The notes: a model not told the origin generated them from the sequence alone. Positions 9,838-20,874 are shown, counted from the first letter of the stretch. The stretch: 64,000 nt of DNA from an uncultured Aliarcobacter sp. (GCA_963677435.1 OY781945.1:2816001-2880000); one strand, 5' to 3'. Numbers and translations are program-made.

Positions 9838-11961
9838 TTATTTATAATGCATCTGTTTATATCCCTCTAGCCTTTTTTTATAGGCTGAATTTAACATAGC
9901 ATTTTTTGAATCTAAAAAATCAATAGCTAAACACTCTTGATTTCCTCGACCAATTCGTCCAAGATATTGAACAAGTCTTCCATAATATGAAATTGGTGTG
10001 ACAAACATAATCGTATTTAAGTGTGGAAAATCAATTCCCTCACCAAAATATGAAGTAGTTGCAATTATTAATGACTTTGTATTTACCAAAGCCATATTTT
10101 CAACTTGCTCTTTTTTATTGAGACTTCCATGGACACAAACATAATCTAAATTCTCATTTTGTAAGAGATTTTCTAAAATATTAATATGTTCTATTCTATC
10201 GGTTAAAACTAAAATTTTTCTTTGAATATTAGTTTTTATAGCCTCAATTATTAGATTATTTCTATTTTCATCAACACATAGTTCATTTATGATTGTTGAG
10301 TAATTATCAGCTGTACTTTCAAAATCCGTTCTAATGATTTGAAGTCTATTTGTGTGGGTTCTTTTCTTTTTATACTCATAAGAAATTTCACCTAATTGCT
10401 GATATAAAATAGGTTGTAAATCATCTTTTCTATTTGGTGTTGCACTTAAACCTAAGATATATTTACCTTTGAAATTCTTAACAATTTGCTCAAAGGTAAT
10501 TGCTGGAATATGATGGCATTCATCAACTATTACAAAAGAATAATTATTTATTATATCTGGGTCATTTTTTAGACTTTGCATTGTTGCCACATCAATTATT
10601 CCATTTAATTTATTGTGACCTTTTCCCAAATATCCAATATCTTTTTTTTCATATCCAAAATAATCAACGAATCTTTCAATCCATTGATTTAAAAGCATAT
10701 TTTTATTTACAACAATCATAGTTGTACATGCTCTTTGTTCAAAAATCTTAGCACCAAGCAAAGTTTTTCCAAAACCAGGAGGTGCAACACAAATTGAAAA
10801 ATCTGTTTTTTTTATCTCTTTTATTGCATCACTTTGTTCAGGTCTTAAAGTAAATGTCACTTTTTTAGTTTCAATCTCTTTAAAATTTCTTTTATCAATA
10901 AAAGAGAATTTAAGTGCATTTGCATTGAAAAAATCAACAACTTTTTCTTTTAAACCTCTGGGAAGCATCAAATATTTATCATCTTCATCAAATGATTTTA
11001 TATATTTAGGAGTGTTATATAAAGGTTTTCTCAAATTCAAAAGAATTTTGATTTGAGGATTTTCAAAGGTTGCAAATGATTTTAATTTATTCAAAAAAGA
11101 TTTTGATAAATTAAGTGTTGGAACATAAATAAAATCAGATAAAACTATCTCTAAATTTTGCATAGGAAAATTTATTTTCTCAAAATCTTTTTCATAATTT
11201 ACAGAGTCTGAATTTTCATTAAAACTATAAACTATCTGTTTTGAAACCTTTTGCACAGAATTTAAAACCATCCATTGATCTTCATAAATTTTATTTGTAT
11301 TCACATCTATAAATACTGTTTTATTTTTATCTCTAAGTTTCAAATGCAAAGGAAGTTCAAGACTATTTCCTAAACTCTCTTTTGTTGCAAACTCTTTATT
11401 TGGATATATTTTTGCACTTATATTTGCTTTTTTTAAAATAAATTGGGCGAAATTAAAAACTGCTTTTGACGGTAATTCTTCGTCTAAAAATATCCAAGCA
11501 AAAACCGCATTGTAAGAGTTTAATTCATAATAAGCTCTTATATTTAAAGAGTTTAGTGCAATTTGAAGTTTATATTTATCCTCATCAAGTATTTCAAAAA
11601 CAATAAATTTAGAGATATTCTTAGAATTAATACAATATGTTGCTAAAAATAGATTTCCTCTTAAGTGCTCTTCTATTTGATAATTTGTTAAAGGTAAATA
11701 ATCTTCACCTTGAAAAGTGGCAGTCACAGGATAAAAACCTTGTTTACTTCCATCTCGACTTACCCATTTTTTAGCATAAATATCAAATCGGGCTACAAAT
11801 AAAGATTTAAAAAGTTCAATTTTTTCATTTTTAGTGAAACCTTTTTTTACAAGAACTTTTTCTTTTTCAAGTTTTATTTTCTCTTTTAAAAGCTCAATCT
11901 CTTCATCAATTTTATTTTTTTGAATATAAAGATTTTCAAGTTGCTTCTCAAGAGTTCTCAT
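9838..11961 (-). CDS. SF2 (DExH, XPB/ResIII-like) helicase with N-terminal AEP-primase-like (TOTE-type) domain
   Basis: APPGFGKT, IVDECHH, LGLSATP, FGEGID, QYLGRIGR; N-terminal LFKSLF..R.DIYAK.W..YLPLT..HLRG..LPL..FID..DQW pattern; likely start MRTLEK at 11961. Confidence 0.85.
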   Translation of the reverse strand: MRTLEKQLENLYIQKNKIDEEIELLKEKIKLEKEKVLVKKGFTKNEKIELFKSLFVARFDIYAKKWVSRDGSKQGFYPVTATFQGEDYLPLTNYQIEEHLRGNLFLATYCINSKNISKFIVFEILDEDKYKLQIALNSLNIRAYYELNSYNAVFAWIFLDEELPSKAVFNFAQFILKKANISAKIYPNKEFATKESLGNSLELPLHLKLRDKNKTVFIDVNTNKIYEDQWMVLNSVQKVSKQIVYSFNENSDSVNYEKDFEKINFPMQNLEIVLSDFIYVPTLNLSKSFLNKLKSFATFENPQIKILLNLRKPLYNTPKYIKSFDEDDKYLMLPRGLKEKVVDFFNANALKFSFIDKRNFKEIETKKVTFTLRPEQSDAIKEIKKTDFSICVAPPGFGKTLLGAKIFEQRACTTMIVVNKNMLLNQWIERFVDYFGYEKKDIGYLGKGHNKLNGIIDVATMQSLKNDPDIINNYSFVIVDECHHIPAITFEQIVKNFKGKYILGLSATPNRKDDLQPILYQQLGEISYEYKKKRTHTNRLQIIRTDFESTADNYSTIINELCVDENRNNLIIEAIKTNIQRKILVLTDRIEHINILENLLQNENLDYVCVHGSLNKKEQVENMALVNTKSLIIATTSYFGEGIDFPHLNTIMFVTPISYYGRLVQYLGRIGRGNQECLAIDFLDSKNAMLNSAYKKRLEGYKQMHYK

Positions 11962-13120
11962 GGTAGCCAATCAAAGATAAGAATTTTTCAACAACTAAAA
12001 ATGAACCAAAAACTAAATACTCTTCATTTTCTTCTATTTTTATTGTCTCTTCATTTATTATATTTAATTGTTTAATAACTTTTAACAATTCCTCTTTTTG
12101 TACAACTCTTTTATCATCAAGTTCAATTATTACAAGTTTTTTTATAATTGGTTTTAATATATTTAAAACCTCAGTGTAATCCTTATCAGCGTAAGAGTTA
12201 TATATTAAAGTAACTTTTTTATTCTCAAACTCTTTTGCAATTACTGTGGCTGCTAAGGGATTGTGTCCCACATCAATAGTAATATTTAAAGCTATTTTTT
12301 GACATCTACCAAAAAGTTTAACATCATCAAAAAGTTTTGTATCAATAGGAATTTTTAACTCTTGCAAACAAGTAATTACTAAATGTAAATTTCTTTTTAA
12401 ATATGAAGCAAATTTATCATTTATTGAGTATTTATCAAACTCTTTTACTTCAATTATTTCAATATCTCTATTTCGTTGCTCTAAAATTTGCTCTTTTACT
12501 TCATAAGCTGTTTTTGCAACTTCAGGGAAAACTTGATAACCAATAAGCATTTTATTATCGCACGAGCGCATTTTTGTTGCTGCTATTTCTTCAACTGTAT
12601 TTCCTAAGAAACTTTGATGATCAAGACCGATTGTTGTGATTAGTGATAGATTATTTTCAACCACATTTGTAGCATCAAACTCTCCACCAAGTCCAGCTTC
12701 TAAAACTAAATAATCAAAATCTTTTGATAAATAAAAGGCTAAAAGAGTTGTATATTCAAAATATGTTAATTTTTCAAGTAGCTCTATTTCAAATAAATCT
12801 TGTAAAAATTTATGAGCTGTTTCTAGGGCTTCATCACTTACATCAAAGCCATTTATCCAAATTCTTTCATTAAATTTTAAAATATGAGGAGAGCTATAGT
12901 GTAAAACTTTGAACTCTTTTTTATATAAATAGTGAGCTAAAAATCTTCCTGTACTTCCCTTTCCATTGGTTCCAACAATATGAATTACAAAAGGGAGTTT
13001 TATTTTTTTTGATAATTTTTCCCAAGAAGATTTTACGACTGTAAAATCTATCTTGTCATAATAAAGAGTTTTATATTTCAAAAACTCTTCTAAGTTTACT
13101 TTTTTAAAATCTACTAACAT
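11948..13120 (-). CDS. folC: Folylpolyglutamate synthase/dihydrofolate synthase
   Basis: IHIVGTNGKGST, SPHI..FNERI, LEAGLGGEFDATN, DVGHNP. Confidence 0.95.
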   Translation of the reverse strand: MLVDFKKVNLEEFLKYKTLYYDKIDFTVVKSSWEKLSKKIKLPFVIHIVGTNGKGSTGRFLAHYLYKKEFKVLHYSSPHILKFNERIWINGFDVSDEALETAHKFLQDLFEIELLEKLTYFEYTTLLAFYLSKDFDYLVLEAGLGGEFDATNVVENNLSLITTIGLDHQSFLGNTVEEIAATKMRSCDNKMLIGYQVFPEVAKTAYEVKEQILEQRNRDIEIIEVKEFDKYSINDKFASYLKRNLHLVITCLQELKIPIDTKLFDDVKLFGRCQKIALNITIDVGHNPLAATVIAKEFENKKVTLIYNSYADKDYTEVLNILKPIIKKLVIIELDDKRVVQKEELLKVIKQLNIINEETIKIEENEEYLVFGSFLVVEKFLSLIGYHENS

Positions 13121-13648
13121 CTATTTTTTAAATGATAAAACTGCAATTTTTGATAATACTTCTTCTAAGGCTTTATCAGCTGCTTGAACAATTGCTTGGT
13201 ATCTTTGAGTATCATTTATACTTGTACCATTATCAATAGAGAAGTCATATTCTCCACTAACACTAAATGATTTTCTTTTATTTTCACTTTTTTTCAAGTA
13301 AGAAATATTTAGTGTTACTATTGCTCTATATAATTTATTATAACCAGATCTATCATATTGTAAAGCTTGCATTCTTGCGGAATTAACTTTAACATACATT
13401 ACAGTATCAGATAAAGACTCTTTATCAACTAGTTGCACATCTAGTTTTTGAATTAACATTTTGTTAATAGAATCTTTAACAATTACAGAGTTTTGTGGAT
13501 CTTCTAAATCAATTGAAACTTTTACAAAAACATTTCCATTAATCTCTTCTTTTGCATAATAAGTTGCAGGTTTATATCCACATCCTAAAAATGAAAATGA
13601 AATAGTAAAAGTAAAAAGTACAAATAGTACTTTTTTTAAAATATTCAT
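13121..13648 (-). CDS. lptE: LPS assembly lipoprotein LptE
   Basis: Lipobox FLGC-GYKP; conserved position downstream of leuS. Confidence 0.8.
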   Translation of the reverse strand: MNILKKVLFVLFTFTISFSFLGCGYKPATYYAKEEINGNVFVKVSIDLEDPQNSVIVKDSINKMLIQKLDVQLVDKESLSDTVMYVKVNSARMQALQYDRSGYNKLYRAIVTLNISYLKKSENKRKSFSVSGEYDFSIDNGTSINDTQRYQAIVQAADKALEEVLSKIAVLSFKK

Positions 13649-13655
13649 AATTGTT

Positions 13656-16121
13656 TTATCCTTTTATTACAAAGTTCACAAGTTTATTTGGAACAACAAT
13701 CTCTTTAATTAATTCACTCTCACCCAACCATTTAGCAGCTGCTGTTTTTGCAAGGGCTAAAATCTCTTCTTTTGAAGTATCTGGTGCAACTTCAATTTCA
13801 CATCTTTTTTTACCATTAACAGTTACTGCTAAAATTATAGAATCAAAAGCGAAAACTTCTTCTTTAATCTCAAGTTTTTTATTAAAATTTTCAAGATTAA
13901 ATAACTGTTGTGATAATTCCCAACAAGCATGTGGAATAATTGGCTCTAAAATATTTGTTAAAATATAATAACCCTCAGCCCAAACAGTTTCATTTTTTTG
14001 TGCTTGCAAAGCATTTAAAGCTTCCATGCAAGAAGCAATTAAAGTATTAAAAGTATAAGTTTTATTAAATACTTCATTTGATTTTAATAAGGCATCATAT
14101 ACTTTTTTTCTTGCTTCTTTTTCTTCTTTATTTAAAGTTGAGTGATCAAGAGTAACAAAAGTTTCTAAGCCAGTTGAAGTTACATTAGCTGCTCTTTCAT
14201 AGAACTTTTTAATAAATCTATATGCTCCATCAACTGCACTATCATTCCATTCAAGCTCTTTTGTAGGAGGTGCAGCAAATAACATAAATAGTCTTGCTGT
14301 ATCTGCTCCATATTTTTCAACTATTAAATCAGGATCAACTACATTTCCTTTTGATTTTGACATTTTTGCACCATCTTTTAAAACCATACCTTGAGTAAGT
14401 AGTTTTTTAAATGGTTCTCTTGAGTTTGTGTAACCTAAATCATTTAATACTTTTGTAAAAAATCTTGCATATAAAAGGTGTAAAATTGCATGTTCAATTC
14501 CACCAATATATTGGTCAACATCCATCCAATAATCACTATCTTCTTTTGAGATACCAACTTCATTCCAAGATTTTGGATTAGTTGCATATCTTAAAAAATA
14601 CCAAGATGATTGAACAAAAGTATCTAAAGTATCAGTTTCTCTTATTGCTGGTTTTCCACATTTTGGACAAGCGCAATGCTTCCAAGTTGGATGATTGTCT
14701 AATGGATTTCCCTCACCTGTAATTTCTACATCAACAGGCAATGCAATTGGTAAATTCTCAGTTTTTTCAGGAACTAATCCACAAGTCTCACAATGAACAA
14801 AAGGAATTGGTGCCCCCCAATATCTTTGTCTTGAAACTCCCCAATCTCTTAGTTTAAAATTAATTTGTTTTACACCTAAAGAGTTTTGTTCAAAGTGATA
14901 AACAATTGCTTTTTTTGCTTTTGTATTTGGTAAACCTGTGAATCCTTCACTATCTATTAATTTACCCTCAGCTGTATATGCTTCTGTTTGTTTTTGAATT
15001 ATTCCTTCATTTCCCACAATTACTTGTTTTATAGGTAAATCATATTTTTTAGCAAATTCAAAGTCCCTTTGATCATGTGCAGGAACAGCCATAACTGCAC
15101 CTCCACCATATGAACTTAATACGAAGTTTGCTACCCAAACAGGAATTTTTGCACCTGTTAATGGATGCATTACATCAATTTCTAAAGATACACCCTCTTT
15201 TTCTTGAGTTGCTCTATCTCTTTCAGTAACTTTTTGCATCTCTTTTATAGCTTTTATCTTTTTTTCTGGTAAAAGATTATTATCAAGCATATATTTTACA
15301 ATTGGATGTTCAGGTGCAAGTGCTGAATATGACACTCCATAAATAGTATCAGGTCTTGTTGTAAATACCATATATTTAGAGAATTGTCTTTCTAATTTTA
15401 CTTTTGATTCTAATGATAATTCAAATTTAAACTCTAAACCTTCACTTCTTCCAATCCAGTTTTCTTGCATTGTTAAAACTTGGCTTGGCCAATCATTTTT
15501 AAGTAATTCTAAATCATCAAGTAGTTCTTGAGCATATTTTGTAATACCTACATAATATCCTGGCATCTCTTTTTGTACAACTTCCGTTCCACATCTCCAA
15601 CAACAACCATCTTCAAGTTGTTCATTTGCTAAAACTGTTAAATCGTGTGGACACCAGTTTACTGTTGCTGATTTTCTATAAATAATTCCTGCTTCATACA
15701 TTTTTATAACAAACTCTTGTTCCCATCTTGTATAAAGCTCATCACTTGTTGCAAATTCTCTAGTTTCTGAAAAAGATAAACCTAAAGCTTTTAACTCATC
15801 TCTCATATAATCAATATTTTCATAAGTCCATTTTTTTGGATGAAGTTTATGTTTAATAGCTGCATTTTCAGCTGGCATTCCAAAACTATCCCAACCAATT
15901 GGGTGTAAAACATTAAAATCAGATTTTCTAAAATGTCTAGCAAAAGCATCGCCTAGACAATAATTTCTTACATGTCCCATGTGAATTCTTCCACTTGGGT
16001 ATGGGAACATACTTAAAATATATTTTTTCTCTTTTGTTTTATCATCACTTGGCTCAAAAGATTGATTTTCACTCCAAAAAGTTTGCCATTTTTTTTCAAT
16101 CTCTTTTGAAACATATTCCAT
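13656..16121 (-). CDS. leuS: Leucine--tRNA ligase
   Basis: [20 protein letters not shown] editing domain, KMSKS. Confidence 0.98.
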   Translation of the reverse strand: MEYVSKEIEKKWQTFWSENQSFEPSDDKTKEKKYILSMFPYPSGRIHMGHVRNYCLGDAFARHFRKSDFNVLHPIGWDSFGMPAENAAIKHKLHPKKWTYENIDYMRDELKALGLSFSETREFATSDELYTRWEQEFVIKMYEAGIIYRKSATVNWCPHDLTVLANEQLEDGCCWRCGTEVVQKEMPGYYVGITKYAQELLDDLELLKNDWPSQVLTMQENWIGRSEGLEFKFELSLESKVKLERQFSKYMVFTTRPDTIYGVSYSALAPEHPIVKYMLDNNLLPEKKIKAIKEMQKVTERDRATQEKEGVSLEIDVMHPLTGAKIPVWVANFVLSSYGGGAVMAVPAHDQRDFEFAKKYDLPIKQVIVGNEGIIQKQTEAYTAEGKLIDSEGFTGLPNTKAKKAIVYHFEQNSLGVKQINFKLRDWGVSRQRYWGAPIPFVHCETCGLVPEKTENLPIALPVDVEITGEGNPLDNHPTWKHCACPKCGKPAIRETDTLDTFVQSSWYFLRYATNPKSWNEVGISKEDSDYWMDVDQYIGGIEHAILHLLYARFFTKVLNDLGYTNSREPFKKLLTQGMVLKDGAKMSKSKGNVVDPDLIVEKYGADTARLFMLFAAPPTKELEWNDSAVDGAYRFIKKFYERAANVTSTGLETFVTLDHSTLNKEEKEARKKVYDALLKSNEVFNKTYTFNTLIASCMEALNALQAQKNETVWAEGYYILTNILEPIIPHACWELSQQLFNLENFNKKLEIKEEVFAFDSIILAVTVNGKKRCEIEVAPDTSKEEILALAKTAAAKWLGESELIKEIVVPNKLVNFVIKG

Positions 16122-16465
16122 TAAAATTCATCCTTATCTTGACTTTTTGCACTTTCTATTAACGCTAAGGCTATAGAGAAAGTATTTGCAACAATTGCAC
16201 CAATAGCTAAAGCGATTGATAACCTTACATCATTTGTAAATGTAAGTACCATAAATGAAGGAATAAGATGTAAATCTGCAACTAACGAACTAGCTAATAA
16301 TTCAGCTGCAAGTAGATTTTTAACACCAAGTTTTAATATTGTTGAGATTACATTAACACCAGCTGCTATAAATAATGCTATCGCATTAGGCTCAAATAGA
16401 AATCCAGCAGTTGTAGTTAAAGACATTAGTGAAAAGAAAATATAGGTTACTTTACCCCAATCCAT
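16121..16465 (-). CDS. Conserved small membrane protein (DUF6394-like)
   Basis: MDWGKV..., [10 protein letters not shown]; hydrophobic; AAGGA RBS; coupled to leuS. Confidence 0.75.
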   Translation of the reverse strand: MDWGKVTYIFFSLMSLTTTAGFLFEPNAIALFIAAGVNVISTILKLGVKNLLAAELLASSLVADLHLIPSFMVLTFTNDVRLSIALAIGAIVANTFSIALALIESAKSQDKDEF

Positions 16466-16548
16466 TTTTATCCTTTTATAATTTTTGCTTTTGTTAAGGC
16501 AAATATTTTAGCTAAAAAATGATAAAAAATTGCTTTTTGGCTATAAAA

Positions 16549-17043
16549 CTATATACTGTTATTCCTATTTCTAAAGGCAACTATCATTTTATAAATCAAA
16601 TAAAACATGATAAATTTTAGGATTAATTGAATAATTAAATAAAAACCAAAACCATCAATTGTTAATTCAAAAAAATTAAGATTATGAGCTAAGAGATTAA
16701 AAGATAAATCATCTGTAATTAAAAGATAAATACAAATACTAAGATAAAGTGTAAAAACAAAAAATGGTTCTTTTCTCATATGAACAAAATTATAAATGCT
16801 GTACCAAATAAAAAGAACAATCATTATAGCTATTAGTAATTCTTTTTGAATACTACTTGGAATGTATACTACAAATTTTTTTGATATATCAATAAACTCA
16901 TATTCTAAAACTGTAGAGAATAGTTCAATTAGCAAGATCCAGTTTAATGCTAATAACCAATTTTTGCCGTTATTTGAGGTAATTAAATCAAATTTGTCTT
17001 TTATTTTTTGGTATAAATTTGTGTTATGAGTTTGTTCTTGCAT
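16549..17043 (-). CDS. Hypothetical multi-pass membrane protein
   Basis: 164-aa ORF with about four hydrophobic segments. Confidence 0.7.
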   Translation of the reverse strand: MQEQTHNTNLYQKIKDKFDLITSNNGKNWLLALNWILLIELFSTVLEYEFIDISKKFVVYIPSSIQKELLIAIMIVLFIWYSIYNFVHMRKEPFFVFTLYLSICIYLLITDDLSFNLLAHNLNFFELTIDGFGFYLIIQLILKFIMFYLIYKMIVAFRNRNNSI

Positions 17044-17136
17044 AATTTTCTTCTTATAATGAGTGTTTGTGTAAACATGAACTTTATTATATCAAAAGTA
17101 CCTCTTAAATTAGCCTTGTTTCAAGGCTAAAATAAA

Positions 17137-17330
17137 TTATTTTCTTCTTGTATTTTGTCTTATTGAGATAATTAATTGGTAGATCAAGTATGCAATTGTG
17201 ATTTTGTAAAGCAATATTCCAAATGTCAATTCTTCTTTTCCAGTCATAATTGAAAATGGATTGATTGTATTTGAAAAAATATTTAAACAAAATCTTTTGT
17301 GAATGCTGAATATAAAATATAATAAATTGA
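17137..17330 (-). pseudogene. Probable 3' remnant of a membrane-protein gene
   Basis: Frame reads ...IFSNTINPFSIMTGKEELTFGILLYKITIAYLIYQLIISIRQNTRRK* with no convincing start/RBS; followed by hairpin TAGCCTTG-TTT-CAAGGCTA (17111-17129). Confidence 0.45.
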
Positions 17331-17406
17331 ACTACAAATTATGTAGTAAATTTTTTTATCGATTATTTTTTAATAAGATTATACATTTCTTATTCTTTGA
17401 GGATTC

Positions 17407-17837
17407 TACTTTTCTTTTTAGTAAAGAAAAGTTAGCAAAAGAAAAGCGTTCGCAGGGATTCAAAATAGCTAAAAAATCTATACAAATTCTAAAATTTGAA
17501 AACTTGACTTCGTACCTCAGTCTTCAAACAGTTCAAATTTCTTTACGAATTTATATAGATTTTTCTTAACACTATTTTGAAAATGCTCACCTCTTTTTCT
17601 TGATATTTCTTTATTCAAAAAGATTGTTAAAAATTTAAAAGTATGGATGAGCAGGATTTTGGTATCGATTTGTATTTTGAGGATTAGATTTATTGATTGA
17701 TGAGCGTTAAGAAATTGCAACTGTTTGAGCGACAGCGAGTTTTGCAATTTTAGCGAAGATTGAAATCAATCCCTAAAATGCAACTTTCGATACGCTTTTC
17801 TTTTTGCTTACTTTTTCTTTACTAAAAAGAAAAAGTA
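17407..17837. repeat. ~430-bp non-coding element with ~45-bp imperfect terminal inverted repeats (MITE/REPIN-like)
   Basis: Left TACTTTTCTTTTTAGTAAAGAAAAGTTAGCAAAAGAAAAGCGT (17407-17449) vs reverse complement of 17792-17837 TACTTTTTCTTTTTAGTAAAGAAAAAGTAAGCAAAAAGAAAAGCGT; internal mirrored hairpins. Confidence 0.75.
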
Positions 17838-17903
17838 AGAAGCATCACAACAAACAAATCCAATAGCCCAAAACAAAAACTAATATAAAATTAAAACCAT
17901 AAA

Positions 17904-17934
17904 AAAAGGAGAAAGTCAAAAACTCTCTCCTTTT
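17904..17934 (-). terminator. Intrinsic terminator after secF
   Basis: AAAAGGAGAAAGT-CAAAA-ACTCTCTCCTTTT, flanked by an A-run (U-tract on the minus strand). Confidence 0.7.
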
Positions 17935-17966
17935 GAAAAACATAATTTGTTAAAACTACCTATTTA

Positions 17967-18935
17967 TCAAACTGTACCTTGCTCATACATAGCTCTATTT
18001 CTAGCTTTTTCTTTAGCAATTTTTAATTTCTCAGCCTCTTTAGCTTTAAAATCTTCAATTGAGAATTTTAATTGAACTAAGAAACTTGATGCTACGAAAA
18101 TTGATGAATATGTTCCTACAATAACCCCAACAAATAGTGTAAATGAGAATCCGTAAATAATCTCTCCACCAAAAAGCAATAAAGTTAAAACAACGAATAA
18201 CACTGTTAAAGATGTAAGTGTTGTTCTTGATAAAGTTTTAGTAACTGAAACATTTATAACATTTTCTAAAAGAGTATCTTTTGTAGATTGTAAGTTCTCT
18301 CTAATTCTATCAAATACAATAATCGTATCATTAATTGAATATCCAAGAAGTGTTAAAATTGCAGCTAAAATATCTAAATTAACTTCAACATTAAATAAAC
18401 TAACAGCTCCCATAGCAATTGTAGCATCATGAAGTAAGGCTAAAATAGAAGCTACAGCAAATCTCCATTCAAATCGGTAAGAAACATAAATTAACATTGC
18501 AACTAATGAAAAGAACAAAGCTTTTAAACCTTTTTCTCTTAATTCGCCACCAACTTTTGGTCCTACCATGTCAACTCTTCTAATCTCAAACTTTCCAGTT
18601 GGAGCTAGAATTACATTCATTTCATCACCAATATCATTTGCTAAATTTGAAGTACTTCCTGTAATTCTAATAACAACCTCATTTGGAGTTCCAAATTCAC
18701 TGATTACAGCATTTGAATATTTTGTCTCTTTTAAAAGATCTCTTAATTGGTCAATTGGTGCTGCTTTTTCATATTTAACTTGAACAATAGTTCCACCAGC
18801 AAAATCAATACCAAAGTTTAAACCTTTTGTTAAAAGTAAAATAATTGATGCAATAACAAGAATAGAAGAAAAACCTAAAAAGGCAACTCTTTTACCCATT
18901 AAATTGTAAATTTTTTCTGTTTTAAAAATTTCCAT
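17967..18935 (-). CDS. secF: Protein translocase subunit SecF
   Basis: GIDFAGG, VGPKVG, GYSINDTIIVFDRIRE. Confidence 0.97.
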   Translation of the reverse strand: MEIFKTEKIYNLMGKRVAFLGFSSILVIASIILLLTKGLNFGIDFAGGTIVQVKYEKAAPIDQLRDLLKETKYSNAVISEFGTPNEVVIRITGSTSNLANDIGDEMNVILAPTGKFEIRRVDMVGPKVGGELREKGLKALFFSLVAMLIYVSYRFEWRFAVASILALLHDATIAMGAVSLFNVEVNLDILAAILTLLGYSINDTIIVFDRIRENLQSTKDTLLENVINVSVTKTLSRTTLTSLTVLFVVLTLLLFGGEIIYGFSFTLFVGVIVGTYSSIFVASSFLVQLKFSIEDFKAKEAEKLKIAKEKARNRAMYEQGTV

Positions 18936-20500
18936 TAATTAACTCCAAACCATTTTTTTAGATTTTTATCTCTAGTTATTTTAGGTAATAATGCTTCGTA
19001 CATTCCATGAGTTCCTAAAATTGCTGTTAACATTGAAGTTAAAATACCAATTGAAATAGTAATTGCAAACCCTTTTATTGGTCCTGTACCATAAGCATAT
19101 AAAATCATTGCTGCAAGTAAAGTCGTGATATTTGAATCTACAATAGCTCTCATTGCATTTGAGTACCCATCTTCTAAAGCTTTTGCTACAGATGCACCCT
19201 CATGTAATACTTCTCTAATTCTTTCAGTGATAATAACATTTGAATCAACTGCCATACCAATTGTAAGTACGATTCCAGCCATTCCAGGAAGTGTTAATGT
19301 TGCCCCAAACATTGCCATTACAGCAATAATAATAAATACATTTGCAATAAGTGCAACATTTGCAACTATTCCAGCTCGTCTGTAATAAATAATCATGAAT
19401 ACAAATACCAATGCAAAACCAGAAATTAAAGCAATTGAAGAAGCTTTTATTGAATCAGCCCCTAAAGATGGTCCAACACTTCTTTTTTCAAGTAATGTTA
19501 CAGTTGCAGGTAAAGCACCACTTCTTAAAGCAATTGCCACATTTCCAGCTTCTTGAACAGTAAATCCACCTGAAATTTGTCCACTTCCACCACCAATTCT
19601 TTCTCTGATATTTGGTGCTGAATAAACTTTCCCATCTAAAACTACAGCTAATCTTTTACCAATATTTTTTGATGTAAAGTCACCAAAAATTCTAGCACCA
19701 GTTGAATTTAGTGTAAAATTAATAATTGCTTGATTCCCTTGGTCAAAAGCAACTTGAGCATCTATTACTTGAGATCCATTTAAAATTGGAATTTCTCTTA
19801 CAAGATATTTGATTTTAGGATTTTTTGTATCTTCTAAAATAACATCACCATAAGCAGCAGCTTGTGAAGAAGTCATAGTATATACTTGGTCATTTTTATC
19901 TTCATTAACTGCCATCAATTCAAGATTTGCAGGTTTTGAAATAAGTTCACGAGCAGCTTTTTCATCTTCTGCTGTTTTAATTCCAGGAAGTTCTACAACG
20001 ATATCTGTATCACCTTGTCTTAAAACAGAAGGTTCTGATAAACCAAATTGATCAAGTCTATTTCTAATAGTCTCAACTGCTTGAACAACTGCCAAATCTT
20101 TTGTTTTAGCAATATCCTCAGGCGTTAATTTTAATGTATATTTTAAGTCATCTCTTGAAATCGCTAAACCTTTTATTTTGTTTAACATTTCATCCATTTT
20201 TGAAACTTCATCTTTATCAAGTAATGTAAAAACTACACTATCAGAATCAATTGAAAGCCCATCAATTAATAACTCTTCATCATCTGAAAAATATTTTACT
20301 GAAGTTGCAATTGTTTTGATTTTTGAAGTTACTGCTTCTTGTGTATTAACACCTAAAAGCATGTGTAATCCACCTTGTAGATCAAGTCCAAGGGATATTT
20401 TTTTTCCTGTATCTGTTTGTAATAAAGATGGGATTGAGAAAACAATACCAAATACAATACTTAATACAAAAATTATAAGTCTATAATTAAAGATTTTCAA
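18935..20500 (-). CDS. secD: Protein translocase subunit SecD
   Basis: LGLDLQGG, IRNRLDQFGLSEP, IGMAVDSNVII.ERIRE. Confidence 0.97.
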   Translation of the reverse strand: MKIFNYRLIIFVLSIVFGIVFSIPSLLQTDTGKKISLGLDLQGGLHMLLGVNTQEAVTSKIKTIATSVKYFSDDEELLIDGLSIDSDSVVFTLLDKDEVSKMDEMLNKIKGLAISRDDLKYTLKLTPEDIAKTKDLAVVQAVETIRNRLDQFGLSEPSVLRQGDTDIVVELPGIKTAEDEKAARELISKPANLELMAVNEDKNDQVYTMTSSQAAAYGDVILEDTKNPKIKYLVREIPILNGSQVIDAQVAFDQGNQAIINFTLNSTGARIFGDFTSKNIGKRLAVVLDGKVYSAPNIRERIGGGSGQISGGFTVQEAGNVAIALRSGALPATVTLLEKRSVGPSLGADSIKASSIALISGFALVFVFMIIYYRRAGIVANVALIANVFIIIAVMAMFGATLTLPGMAGIVLTIGMAVDSNVIITERIREVLHEGASVAKALEDGYSNAMRAIVDSNITTLLAAMILYAYGTGPIKGFAITISIGILTSMLTAILGTHGMYEALLPKITRDKNLKKWFGVN

Positions 20501-20537
20501 TTCTTTTTCCTTAAATTAGGTATGAAATTTGAAGTTA

Positions 20538-20564
20538 TAAGATATGTAAAATTTACATATCTTA
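20538..20564. other. Palindrome between yajC and secD (possible attenuator/processing hairpin)
   Basis: TAAGATATGTAAA-A-TTTACATATCTTA. Confidence 0.5.
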
Positions 20565-20579
20565 AAATTTTGAAAAATA

Positions 20580-20846
20580 TTAGTCCTCTAAAAGCTTAGC
20601 AACAAACTCTTTCATTAGTTTCATTTCAGTGTTATCACTGTTTTTTACTACAAAATGAGTCTCTTCAACTTTTGCAACCTCTACTATTAAGCCACCATTT
20701 GTTACAATTTTGTCACCTTTTTTCAAATTAGCAACCATATCTTTGTGAGCTTTCGCTTGTTTTTGTTGTGGTCTGATAATCAAAAAGTAAAAAATTGCAA
20801 ATAATGCAACTAGAGGCAGCAATGAGCTTATTAAATCTGTATTCAT
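20580..20846 (-). CDS. yajC: Preprotein translocase subunit YajC
   Basis: FYFLIIRPQQKQ..LKKGDKIVTNGG; ATG at 20846 has better RBS spacing than the TTG at 20849. Confidence 0.95.
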   Translation of the reverse strand: MNTDLISSLLPLVALFAIFYFLIIRPQQKQAKAHKDMVANLKKGDKIVTNGGLIVEVAKVEETHFVVKNSDNTEMKLMKEFVAKLLED

Positions 20847-20874
20847 CAAATTTCCTTTTAAAAAGTAGTTTATT

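Noticed and set aside
17303..17747. ORFs 17303-17569 (+) and 17517-17747 (-) as transposase fragments
   Set aside because: Low-complexity translations of the inverted-repeat element with no transposase motifs.
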